Shown here: positions 28,980-37,791 of the stretch, piece by piece
Layout: each line of letters starts with the position of its first letter
How positions within the stretch are numbered: position 1 is the stretch's first letter
Source: Kiritimatiellia bacterium
GTDB taxonomy: Bacteria > Verrucomicrobiota > Kiritimatiellia > RFP12 > JBMNHG01
NCBI GenBank assembly: GCA_050950285.1
Contig: JBMNHG010000008.1
Span: forward strand, 310,001-374,000
Reading direction: 5' to 3'
DNA: 64,000 nt
The notes under the pieces: model-generated
The model's database searches: none
What the model saw: the letters and a program-made list of their open reading frames with translations, nothing else
What the model was told of the DNA's origin: nothing
Translations under genes and position numbers: made by a program

Positions 28980-29080
28980 CCCCGTCCGCCCTCGTGCCAC
29001 CCCCCTTCCGCTCCGCTTCCCTGCGCCGTCCCAGGCCGGATCGTTGAGTTCCGGAGGCACTTCCGGTATACTTGCCAGTC

Positions 29081-30274
29081 ATGCACGTTTCCCCCCTCTC
29101 CCCTTCCCCCAGGAACAACCGTACCCTCGGCACGATCCCGGGATTCCGCATCGGCCTGATCCTCGCCGTCCTCGTCGTCGGGAGCATTCTCCTGATGGAC
29201 GGAGTCGGATGCCTCTTCTCGCGCGGCTGCTCCCCCGCGCGTTCCTCCGACGGCGGGAACACCTCCACCAACGCCACGGAACACGCCGAGGCCATCCCCG
29301 CCGCCCCGCCCGGCCTGCGCTACGTATTGCCCACGCCGCAGACCCTCGAAAGGCTCTCCGACACCTCTTCGTCCAACGTCTACGCCGCGACCGAGTCCGG
29401 CCGCCTCGAATCCGCCTTCTACGGCAGCACGCGGAGGAACGCCAAAGGCGTGCGCTTCCATGAGGGCGTCGATATCTCGCCCACCCGGCGCGACAAGAAG
29501 GGCCGCCCCCTGGATGACGTCTTTGCCGTGGCGGACGGCCGCGTGGCGTACATCAACTCCCGGCCCGGAAACTCCTCCTACGGCATCTACGTGGTGCTCA
29601 CCCACGACGATCCCATGGGCTGGATCTACACGCTCTACGGCCATCTCGCAAGCGTCCCGGCCGACCTCACCGCCGGAAAGGACGTCAAGGCGGGGCAAGT
29701 CATCGGACGCATGGGCCAGACCTCCGCCGCCACCGTCATCCCCGCCGCTTCGGCCCACCTCCACTTCGAAATCGGCACCTGCATGAACACCCGCTATCCG
29801 GAGTACATGAAACGTCGGCAGGACAGGCTCACCCACGGCGCCTGGGACGGACGGAACCTCTACGGCATCGATCCCCTCAAACTGCTCCTCCATCGCGACG
29901 GGGAAGGCCGTTTCTCCATGCTGCCCGCCTTGCAGGCCGAACCCGTCGCCATCACCTTCGCGGTCGCCGTGGACCCCACGCGCCTCCCCGAATACTATCG
30001 CCGGTATCCGGGCCTGTGCGAACTCGGGAAAGGGCAAGCCCCGAAGGTCGCGAACTGCGCGCGGCTCGACGTGTCGGAAGGCGGCGTGCCGCTCCGCCTG
30101 CGCCCCTGGCCCGACGACGAGCCCGCGCCCGCCGCGAAGGATCTCCCCAAGGTCCATGCCGTGAACGAAGAGGCCCTCGGCCTCAACGGACGCGGCTACG
30201 TCACCAGGAAATCCGGCGCCTGGGCCTTGACCCAGGCCGGCCGGAACTGGCTCGACCACCTCTTTTTCCGGTAG
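29081..30274 (+). CDS. M23-family metallopeptidase, membrane-anchored
   Basis: TM helix; FHEGVD (HxxxD), YTLYGHL, AHLHFEI. Confidence 0.88.
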   Translation: MHVSPLSPSPRNNRTLGTIPGFRIGLILAVLVVGSILLMDGVGCLFSRGCSPARSSDGGNTSTNATEHAEAIPAAPPGLRYVLPTPQTLERLSDTSSSNVYAATESGRLESAFYGSTRRNAKGVRFHEGVDISPTRRDKKGRPLDDVFAVADGRVAYINSRPGNSSYGIYVVLTHDDPMGWIYTLYGHLASVPADLTAGKDVKAGQVIGRMGQTSAATVIPAASAHLHFEIGTCMNTRYPEYMKRRQDRLTHGAWDGRNLYGIDPLKLLLHRDGEGRFSMLPALQAEPVAITFAVAVDPTRLPEYYRRYPGLCELGKGQAPKVANCARLDVSEGGVPLRLRPWPDDEPAPAAKDLPKVHAVNEEALGLNGRGYVTRKSGAWALTQAGRNWLDHLFFR

Positions 30275-30435
30275 CCGGACTTTCGCTATTCGAGCGGAAA
30301 AGACGACGTAAGTCGTTGGAAATCAACAAAACCTTTTTGAAAACGGAGCGTGCGAAAAACGACGTTTCCCGCTTTTGCGTTCGGCCTTGTCCTCATCCAA
30401 GCACACAGGCATCATACCGCTATCAAGGAGAAGGC

Positions 30436-31461
30436 ATGACCCGGGAGACGGCAGATCGCGGTGTGAACACCGCTCACAGGACCCGCACCGCGCACGGGGC
30501 TGGGGGCGGGCCTGTGCGCCCCGTTCACGGGGCGTTTCAGCACAGCATGCTCCGCCGCTGTTTCAACCACGACTACCGCGACCCCTTTTTCTACATGATC
30601 ACGATCACCACGCACCAGCGGCGGCCGTGGTTCGGCGTCTGCGAGAACAATGCCTGCACCCTCAGCGCCGACGGCCTGCTGGTCCGGGACCTCTGGTACC
30701 GCATCCCGCACGACTACCCCCAGATCGAGCTCTCCACGCTTTGCCTGATGCCTGACCATCTGCACGGCATCGTACACGTCACCGAGCGCATGGAGAAACC
30801 CGTCGGCGTCCCCCTGCGCGCCTTCAAGTCCCAATGCACCAGCGCCCTGCGCAAACGACACGGCGACGCCGCCCTCACGCTCTGGAACCCCGGCTACAAC
30901 GACCGCGTCGTCTGGCGTCGCGGTTCGCTGCGCGCCTACAGACACTACATCTTGGACAACCCGCGCCGCTACTGCCTCAAGAAGGCGCACCCTGACTTGT
31001 TCCGCACCGTGACCGGTCTGCAACACGCCGCGTTGCCGCCCGATCAGCGTTGGGACGGCTACGGCAACCTCTTTCTCTTGGACCGCCCCGAGAAACTGGC
31101 GCTCCGCGTCTCCCGCAAAGCCAGCGCAGACGAGATCGCGGCCTTGCGCGAACAGACACTGACGGAAGCCGCGCAAGGCACCGTCATCGTCTCGCCCTTC
31201 ATCTCGCCCGGCGAGCGCGAGATCGCCACCGCCATTCTCGACGCATCCGTCGGCGACGTCATCCTGCTGAAGCCCGACGGCTTCCCGCCGCTTTTCAAGC
31301 CGAACGGGCGCTATTTCGACCTGTGCGTCCAAGGCCGTCTTCTCGTCTTATCCCGTTCTGTGGCCTCCGCTCACGGTGGCGCAACACCCCTCACCCGCGA
31401 AATCTGCCTCGCGCTGAACGCCGCCAGCGCTCACATTGCGGAAGCGGACATCCCGGAATAG
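30436..31461 (+). CDS. REP-associated tyrosine transposase (RAYT/Y1 HUH) fused to a C-terminal DprA/SLOG-like domain, ~341 aa
   Basis: SD AAGGAG; HDY, YMITIT, MPDHLH (HUH), FKS, LWNPGYNDR, YILDNP; C-terminal GNLFLL..RVSRKAS..VIVSPFISPGE..GRLLVLS resembles the DprA Rossmann core. Confidence 0.8.
   Translation: MTRETADRGVNTAHRTRTAHGAGGGPVRPVHGAFQHSMLRRCFNHDYRDPFFYMITITTHQRRPWFGVCENNACTLSADGLLVRDLWYRIPHDYPQIELSTLCLMPDHLHGIVHVTERMEKPVGVPLRAFKSQCTSALRKRHGDAALTLWNPGYNDRVVWRRGSLRAYRHYILDNPRRYCLKKAHPDLFRTVTGLQHAALPPDQRWDGYGNLFLLDRPEKLALRVSRKASADEIAALREQTLTEAAQGTVIVSPFISPGEREIATAILDASVGDVILLKPDGFPPLFKPNGRYFDLCVQGRLLVLSRSVASAHGGATPLTREICLALNAASAHIAEADIPE
30458..30534. repeat. Inverted REP-like doublet
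   Basis: 30458-30480 (minus strand: CCTGTGA-GCGGTG-TTCA-CACCGC) and 30511-30534 (CCTGTGC-GCCCCG-TTCA-CGGGGC): same foot and loop, compensatory stem changes. Confidence 0.65.
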
Positions 31462-31697
31462 CGGTAAGGCGGAAATAAGCGACAAGTATTGGTATCCGAG
31501 ACCTCGGTGACCGCGCCGGTGGCGGCAAAGATTCCGGGGCTGGCACTTTTTTCGGACGGGGCTGTCGCGGGGCTTGACTCGCCACCCCGGAGGTGTAACA
31601 ATAATCGCAGTTTATGGATTCCGGCATGTCGCCGGATGTGCCCACGGGATACCGCCGGTGTCTATCAATTCTTTGCCGGAGCCTCACGGGAGAACGC

Positions 31698-31748
31698 ACC
31701 CCGCCAGCCAGTAGCCAGTGCGTTGCGCTGGCTACTGGCTGGCGGGGT
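31698..31748. repeat. 24-bp inverted repeat (3-nt loop) downstream of the RAYT gene
   Basis: ACCCCGCCAGCCAGTAGCCAGTGC-GTT-GCGCTGGCTACTGGCTGGCGGGGT, one T.G mismatch. Confidence 0.75.
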
Positions 31749-32072
31749 ATCCTTTCCGGGCGTCCAGCCCGTTTGCCTGGATGGCCGACATATCATAACA
31801 TATTGTGCCGCAACATCTACAACAAAATTGAGGAAGAGGGGGGGTAGACAAAAGCTCCGGGATATGCGACGATTTACCTGTCGTTTTGGGCGTGGCATGG
31901 TGTTGCGCAGAAAGCGATGTGGCGTAAGCTGAAGCGTCGTGTCTGCCCGCTGGGGAGCGCGGGACGGTTCACTTACAAAAAGGCCCCGCGCGCAGGCCGT
32001 CAGGCGCTGCGAAGCGGGGGGGGGGTGCAAGAGCCACGTGATCTAATGGTCGCAAATCGAAGGAGGTTCGCC

Positions 32073-35000
32073 ATGAGCGTATGTCGTTTGCTAACCGTTT
32101 CGTTGTGTCTGATGGCCCTGTTTGCCGCAAGGGCGGGGATTGTTCATGTCGACGGAGCTGTGGCGGCGGGCGGAGACGGGTCCGCACTGTCGCCGTTTCG
32201 GACGATCCAGGCCGGCGTGGACGCCGCGCAAGAAGGCGATACCGTTTCCGTGGCGCCAGGCATCTACACGAACTTCTGGACCTCGGCGGACTATGGCCGT
32301 GTCTGTGTCGTCATCACCAACAAGGCGATCACCCTCCAGGCGTCCGGATCGAAAGAAGAAACGGTCATCCGCGGCAAGCGTCAGGCGAACGTCTCGCATG
32401 GCATGGGGCCCGATTCCGTCCGGGGAATCGTCTGCGCTTCGGCGGGCAAGACCGTCATCAGCGGCTTTACGTTCCTGGACTGTTGCGGCGCCTATGACAA
32501 CAACAACGGCCTGGGCGGCGGTGCTTTCTACGATTCGCTCGGCTATGGGAGCGAAGTGATCGTCGTCGATTGTGACTTCTATGGCTGCGCCGCGACGCGT
32601 GGGGGCGCGGCGAACGGCGGGTCGTTCGTCCGCTGCCGTTTCTCGGGAAACTGCGCCAGCATATTCGCTTCCGCAGCCAACCGGATCAACGCCTATAACT
32701 GTGTCTTCTGGGGAAACCGCACCTCGACCGTGGCCGGGCGTCAGGATGTGATGGGCGTTCTCAGCTATCCGGGACAGACGGTAAACTGCACGATTGCCTT
32801 CAATGAGGGTTGTCCGTTTGCCAACGGAGACAAGTACATCCGCAACTGTGTGATCGTCGGCAACACCAAGTGGGTGGACGTGTCCGCCTATTTCCGCAAT
32901 TGCGCCAACGACGTCGACGTGACGCTGTTCGATAGCGTCGCCATCACGTCGGCGGACCTGTTTTCGCCGGCCACCGGCGACTGGCGGCTGAAGCCGTCGT
33001 CGGCGGCCGTGGCGGCGGGTGCCGTCTACCATTATGAGAATTACGCCCCTGCCGCCTATCGGGACGTTGACCTCATCGGCGCGTCGCGCAAGACGGGTTC
33101 GACCATCTGCTGCGGCGCTGTCGAGGCGAAGGCAACGAGCCTTGCGACGGGGGTGACGTTTGTATCGACGGATCCGCAGTACGGCGCGCTTGTTCTGAAC
33201 GGAACGCGCGTCTACTCGAACGTCCCGCTCCCGTTGGGCGTTGCGGCGTTTCCTGCGGACTTGACACTTTCTTATGTTGGCGAGGAAGGCTACGGCATGC
33301 TTCTCCTGACGAGTTCGGAAGGTAACAGGGGAGACCGTTGGCCGACGATGGACGAGATCTGGCGGCTTCGGCTGACGGCTCCAGTCGAGGGTGGCCGTGC
33401 CTATACGCCGATTGCAGGGCGTCTGACGCATGTTTCGCGCTCGGGCAACGATTCGACGGGCGACGGCTCGGCCGGGAACCCCTACGCGACGATTCGCAAG
33501 GCATCGAAACTTTCGGGCAACAGACTCGTCCTTGTCGCGCCGGGCACGTATGGCGAAGAGGAGGGCGTTGAATTTGAAGGCGGCATCAGCAACCGCGTGC
33601 GCCTCCTCCCGACGGGCCTGATGCGGCTGAAGGCGGTGAACGGCCCTGCGGAGACGGTCATTCTCGGCGCTTCCGATCCGTCCGGCGCGAGCGGTCTGGG
33701 GGACCAGGCCGTGCGGTGCGCTTACCTGAACGGACGCTGCGCGCTGCAGGGCTTTACGTTAATGGGCGGGCGCACGAAGGCGCCGGAGGCGACGGGGACG
33801 CTTGGGCGAAGCGGCGGAGGGCTCTTTATGCTCGATTACAAGTCGTCCGTCCTGGATTGTGTCATCACGGACTGCGCGGGAACCTTCGGCGCCGTCTATG
33901 GCGGCGGCAATTCCGCCGGCAACGGCCATCTGATCCGTTGCACGGTCACGTCCTGCTCGTGTCCCGAGAAGAACATCGAGACGTGCTCGATCGCCTACTG
34001 CATCAACATCTACTCGTCTCTCTTCTACGAAAACGTTCTGCCGGATGTAGCGACCATGGCGAGCATCGTCGGACAGAACTGCCTGGTGGTCAACAGCACG
34101 ATTGTCGACAACACTGTGCAATATGGCGCGCTTTCCGCCGACAGGGGGACGCACGCGTGGAACTGCGTCGTGTACGGCACGAGGGGAGGTCGCGACCTGC
34201 CTTATGGCGGCAATCATCCGTCGTATCAGGTCGTTCGTTCGGCCTACGGGACCAGTACCGCCAACGCGTCCAATTATCCCGATTGCGTGAAGGGCGGCGT
34301 CTTGTTCGCGGCGACGAATGCGGCGGACTATCGGGCGCTGACCGTTTCGTCGGCCGCCTCGGCGGGGTCTGCCGAATACGTTTCCGACTTGGCCCTGAGC
34401 GACTTGTCGGGAGCCCCCTTCGCACTTGATGCCGCCGACGGATCCTGTGTGGCGGGCTGTTATGCCGCGACCGTGCCGGCGTTGCATGCCTTCGGTTCGC
34501 ATGGCGGCATCTCGCCAGAGCTCGCGTGCGCCCTCGGGAATGAGCCAACGCAGGTCGTCTTTACCGCGACGTCAACGGATACGCGTCCGTTCCTCGGCTT
34601 CCGTGTCGACGGGGACTGGCGCGAGGAAACGTCGGTGACGGTGACGGTGCCCGCTGCGTCCGCCGGAACGCCTGTCTTCAACGTGGAGGCCGTCTACGGC
34701 ACGAACTGGTACGTCAACGTCGCGACGGGCGACGACGCCAATTCCGGTGCGTCGGAGACGCTGCCGAAGAAGTCGATCGCCGCCGCGACGCGTCATGCGG
34801 TGGCCGGCGACGTGATTACGGTTGCGCCCGGCGTCTATGAAAGCGAGACGGACATTCAGCGCGAGGGCGAATACGATCCGAACCAGGGCTCCGGCGGCCG
34901 TACCTGGGGCGGGCCGTCCATCCGTGCCCGCGCCGTCGTACACGAGGGCGTGACGCTGCAGTCGTCCCACGGGTCGGACGTGACCGTCATCCGCGGGCAG

Positions 35001-36143
35001 GATGCCACGCCCGACCAGCAGGCTGGCCCTGCCGACTGGGCCTGGGGCGGCGGTTCGAACGCCGTGCGGTGCGTTTACATGGCGAAGAACGCCGTGCTGA
35101 CGGGATTCACCCTGGATCACGGGCGGTTGCGCATGCAGGATCCGCTCGGCCTTTCGGCCCATGACAACTGCATGGGGGGCGGTGTGTACTGCTTTGACGG
35201 TTCGTCGCAGTTCGACGACTGCTTCTTTACGAATTGCGTGGCGAGTCGCTCCGCCGCCGTTTGCGCCAACGGTTCGCAGCTTCGCCGCTGTCGTTTTGCC
35301 GGGAATACGGCGACGTTCAATGGCGTGGCGACGGGTTGCAAGATGGAGAACTGCCATGGCGGAGCCGGCAATTTCTGGGATACCTCCTTCAGGGGCTATA
35401 CGGGCTCGCGTTTCGTCAACTGTACGTTCGAAAACGCGAAGAGCGGGAATCCGACAATCGTCTATGCTACCGAGGCGGATGCGGAGGCCGTCAACGTGGC
35501 CATTGGCGGCAATTTCTCGTTTGCCGGTTCGATGACGAACTGCGCCTGGCCGACGTCGGCGTCCAATGCCGCAACGCCGAAGGCGAACGTGAATCCCGTC
35601 GTGGTGGCCTCGTTGGGGCTCGGTTCGGACGGCCGTCCGCTTCCTTCGTCGCCCTTGGTGAACGCCGGTTTCGGGACGGATTCCGTGCCGCTTGACGCGC
35701 TGGACGCCAGCGGAGGCCAGCGCGTCTATGACAACGCCGTTGACATCGGCGCCTATGAGTATGACTGCCGCGGCGATTATGGCAGGATTCTGCGCGATCG
35801 GAAGACGTTCTCCGTCGTCTCGGTGACGCCGCGGGCGACGGGCGATGCGGTCTCGGGCCGCGTCACGTTGCTGGACGGAGACTTGGAGGCCGTCTGGGAG
35901 GCGCGTACGGCCGATGTCCCGTATGTCTTGTCCTGCGGCGTTGCCGGAACGGGGACGCTGAAGATCCTGATGAACGGAACCGTGGTCGCGACGGTGACGG
36001 AAGCCGAACGGACGGTGTGCGTGAACGGTCCGGCCGGAGAAAATCATTTCACGTTCTCCTATGAACCCGGCGAAGGCGACATGCTCGGCGCTTGGATCGC
36101 CGGACTGTCGCATAGCGCGGGCAGCGTCCTGATCTTGAGGTAA
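32073..36143 (+). CDS. Large secreted pectin-lyase-fold (right-handed beta-helix) protein with three DUF1565-like modules, ~1356 aa
   Basis: SD AAGGAGG; signal peptide; three (V/W)(H/Y)V..GxD(G)S..P..(T/S)I..A..V.VAPGxY modules; Cys/Asn-ladder repeats; VDIGAYE; ends GSVLILR. Confidence 0.75.
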   Translation: MSVCRLLTVSLCLMALFAARAGIVHVDGAVAAGGDGSALSPFRTIQAGVDAAQEGDTVSVAPGIYTNFWTSADYGRVCVVITNKAITLQASGSKEETVIRGKRQANVSHGMGPDSVRGIVCASAGKTVISGFTFLDCCGAYDNNNGLGGGAFYDSLGYGSEVIVVDCDFYGCAATRGGAANGGSFVRCRFSGNCASIFASAANRINAYNCVFWGNRTSTVAGRQDVMGVLSYPGQTVNCTIAFNEGCPFANGDKYIRNCVIVGNTKWVDVSAYFRNCANDVDVTLFDSVAITSADLFSPATGDWRLKPSSAAVAAGAVYHYENYAPAAYRDVDLIGASRKTGSTICCGAVEAKATSLATGVTFVSTDPQYGALVLNGTRVYSNVPLPLGVAAFPADLTLSYVGEEGYGMLLLTSSEGNRGDRWPTMDEIWRLRLTAPVEGGRAYTPIAGRLTHVSRSGNDSTGDGSAGNPYATIRKASKLSGNRLVLVAPGTYGEEEGVEFEGGISNRVRLLPTGLMRLKAVNGPAETVILGASDPSGASGLGDQAVRCAYLNGRCALQGFTLMGGRTKAPEATGTLGRSGGGLFMLDYKSSVLDCVITDCAGTFGAVYGGGNSAGNGHLIRCTVTSCSCPEKNIETCSIAYCINIYSSLFYENVLPDVATMASIVGQNCLVVNSTIVDNTVQYGALSADRGTHAWNCVVYGTRGGRDLPYGGNHPSYQVVRSAYGTSTANASNYPDCVKGGVLFAATNAADYRALTVSSAASAGSAEYVSDLALSDLSGAPFALDAADGSCVAGCYAATVPALHAFGSHGGISPELACALGNEPTQVVFTATSTDTRPFLGFRVDGDWREETSVTVTVPAASAGTPVFNVEAVYGTNWYVNVATGDDANSGASETLPKKSIAAATRHAVAGDVITVAPGVYESETDIQREGEYDPNQGSGGRTWGGPSIRARAVVHEGVTLQSSHGSDVTVIRGQDATPDQQAGPADWAWGGGSNAVRCVYMAKNAVLTGFTLDHGRLRMQDPLGLSAHDNCMGGGVYCFDGSSQFDDCFFTNCVASRSAAVCANGSQLRRCRFAGNTATFNGVATGCKMENCHGGAGNFWDTSFRGYTGSRFVNCTFENAKSGNPTIVYATEADAEAVNVAIGGNFSFAGSMTNCAWPTSASNAATPKANVNPVVVASLGLGSDGRPLPSSPLVNAGFGTDSVPLDALDASGGQRVYDNAVDIGAYEYDCRGDYGRILRDRKTFSVVSVTPRATGDAVSGRVTLLDGDLEAVWEARTADVPYVLSCGVAGTGTLKILMNGTVVATVTEAERTVCVNGPAGENHFTFSYEPGEGDMLGAWIAGLSHSAGSVLILR

Positions 36144-36147
36144 GCAC

Positions 36148-37791
36148 ATGTTCAAGCCGCTCGTTCTTGTCGGAGCATCGGCGGTCGCCTCCGTGGCCGT
36201 CGCGGCAGTGGATCCCGTCGCCTATGTCCGCGACGAACTGGCACGCGGCGTGAAGACGGTCTGTGTTCCGCGCGGACGGTACGAGGTGTCGCCGAAGGGA
36301 CCGTATGTGTTCTACTTGAAGGGACTTCGGGACGTGACGATCGACTTCTCCGGTTCGGAGTTGGTCGGCAAGGTAAAGACGTGCATGTTTCAGCTCGACA
36401 GCTGCACGAACGTCGTGCTGCGCAATGTCGTCATCGACTACGATCCCTTGCCGTTCACGCAGGCCCGGATCGAGGAGGTCGGCCCGAACGGCGAGTGGAC
36501 CGTGCGCGTCATTGACGGGTATCCGCGGCCCCGCGGCGAGGAGCTGGAGAATGATTTCTGGCCGATCCAGGCCTATGATCCGAAGACCGGCGAGGTCGTG
36601 AACCCGATGCGGTTCCGCGACGGCACGCGGATCGACGAGACGGGGGACGGCGTCTACCGGATCGTCGGCGGACTTGACCGGAGGGGCCGAGTCGGCGACG
36701 TGGCCGTGTGGAGCGTCAAGGACAAGACACAACCGGTCGTGGCTGGGACCATCAATTCGGCCTGCTGCGTCGGTTGCCTCTTCGAGGACATCACCGAATA
36801 CGCGACGCCGCACGGATGCGCCTACTTCGAGGCTTCGGCGACCGCGAACGTCTATCGTCGCTGCCGAATCGTTCGTCGCGATCCGGAGGATGATCCCATC
36901 CGGCGGGGGGAACGCCGTTTCCGCAGCGGCAACCATGATGCGTTCAACAGCCGCTGTTCGTTTGTCGGACCGGTCATCGAGCAGTGTCGGTTCGAGTATC
37001 ATTGCGACGATTGCGTGAATATCTCCGGGTATTATGCGCTTGTGACGGGGCAGGAAGACGACACCGTCCGTTGCGTCTGTATTTCGTCCCGTCCGTTCGA
37101 GGTCGGCGACGTGTGCCAGGTCATGACGTTCGACGGCGAATGTCCGCAAGACGTCCGGGTGCTGTCCGTCGCCGGCGACGGGGCGGCGGGCGAGAGCGAC
37201 GTGAAGTTCTTCGAGAGCCTTTCCCTGTGGCCGGGGCTCGCCAATCTCTGCCGTCATGCGTTCAAGGTGAGACTCGCCGGTTCCGTCGGGCTCAAGCCGG
37301 GGGATGCGCTCATCTCCAGCCGCCGCATGGGCAATGGCTTCGCGATCCGGGATTGCGTGTTCGGCCATGCGCGGGCTAACGGCGTGCTGATCAAGGCGTC
37401 TTGCGGATTCATCGAACGCAATACGATCTCGGCTTGCGTGGGGTCGGCCGTCCGGCTCTCGCCGGAATACGAGTGGACGGAAGGCGGGTGCAGCCGGGAC
37501 ATCGTGATACGCGACAACGTCCTGCAGGACAACGGCGCGTTCGGCATCGACATCAGCGGGTACAACGGATCGCGCGAGCCGCTGGCGGCGGAGTCGCATT
37601 TCAACTTCACCGTTGTTGGCAACCGGATCGCCGGACTTGGAACGGGCGTACGGATCTCCGGGTGCACGGGACTCGTCCTGGTGGGCAATTCGGTCGAGGT
37701 CAAGGACGGCCGTTCGCCGGGCTATTTGCTGGAAAATGTCGCTTCCGTGACGTCGGACGTCGATGTGGAGAAGAATGGGAAGCAAGAATGA
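36148..37791 (+). CDS. Secreted right-handed beta-helix protein, GH110 (alpha-galactosidase)-like
   Basis: Signal peptide; IDYDPLPFTQ, SGNHDAFN, HCDDCVNISG, RANGVLIK. Confidence 0.65.
   Translation: MFKPLVLVGASAVASVAVAAVDPVAYVRDELARGVKTVCVPRGRYEVSPKGPYVFYLKGLRDVTIDFSGSELVGKVKTCMFQLDSCTNVVLRNVVIDYDPLPFTQARIEEVGPNGEWTVRVIDGYPRPRGEELENDFWPIQAYDPKTGEVVNPMRFRDGTRIDETGDGVYRIVGGLDRRGRVGDVAVWSVKDKTQPVVAGTINSACCVGCLFEDITEYATPHGCAYFEASATANVYRRCRIVRRDPEDDPIRRGERRFRSGNHDAFNSRCSFVGPVIEQCRFEYHCDDCVNISGYYALVTGQEDDTVRCVCISSRPFEVGDVCQVMTFDGECPQDVRVLSVAGDGAAGESDVKFFESLSLWPGLANLCRHAFKVRLAGSVGLKPGDALISSRRMGNGFAIRDCVFGHARANGVLIKASCGFIERNTISACVGSAVRLSPEYEWTEGGCSRDIVIRDNVLQDNGAFGIDISGYNGSREPLAAESHFNFTVVGNRIAGLGTGVRISGCTGLVLVGNSVEVKDGRSPGYLLENVASVTSDVDVEKNGKQE

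Noticed and set aside
30310..30327. TAAGTCGTTGGAAATCAA as an IHF or att-arm site
   Set aside because: Two mismatches to the IHF consensus and no integrase nearby.
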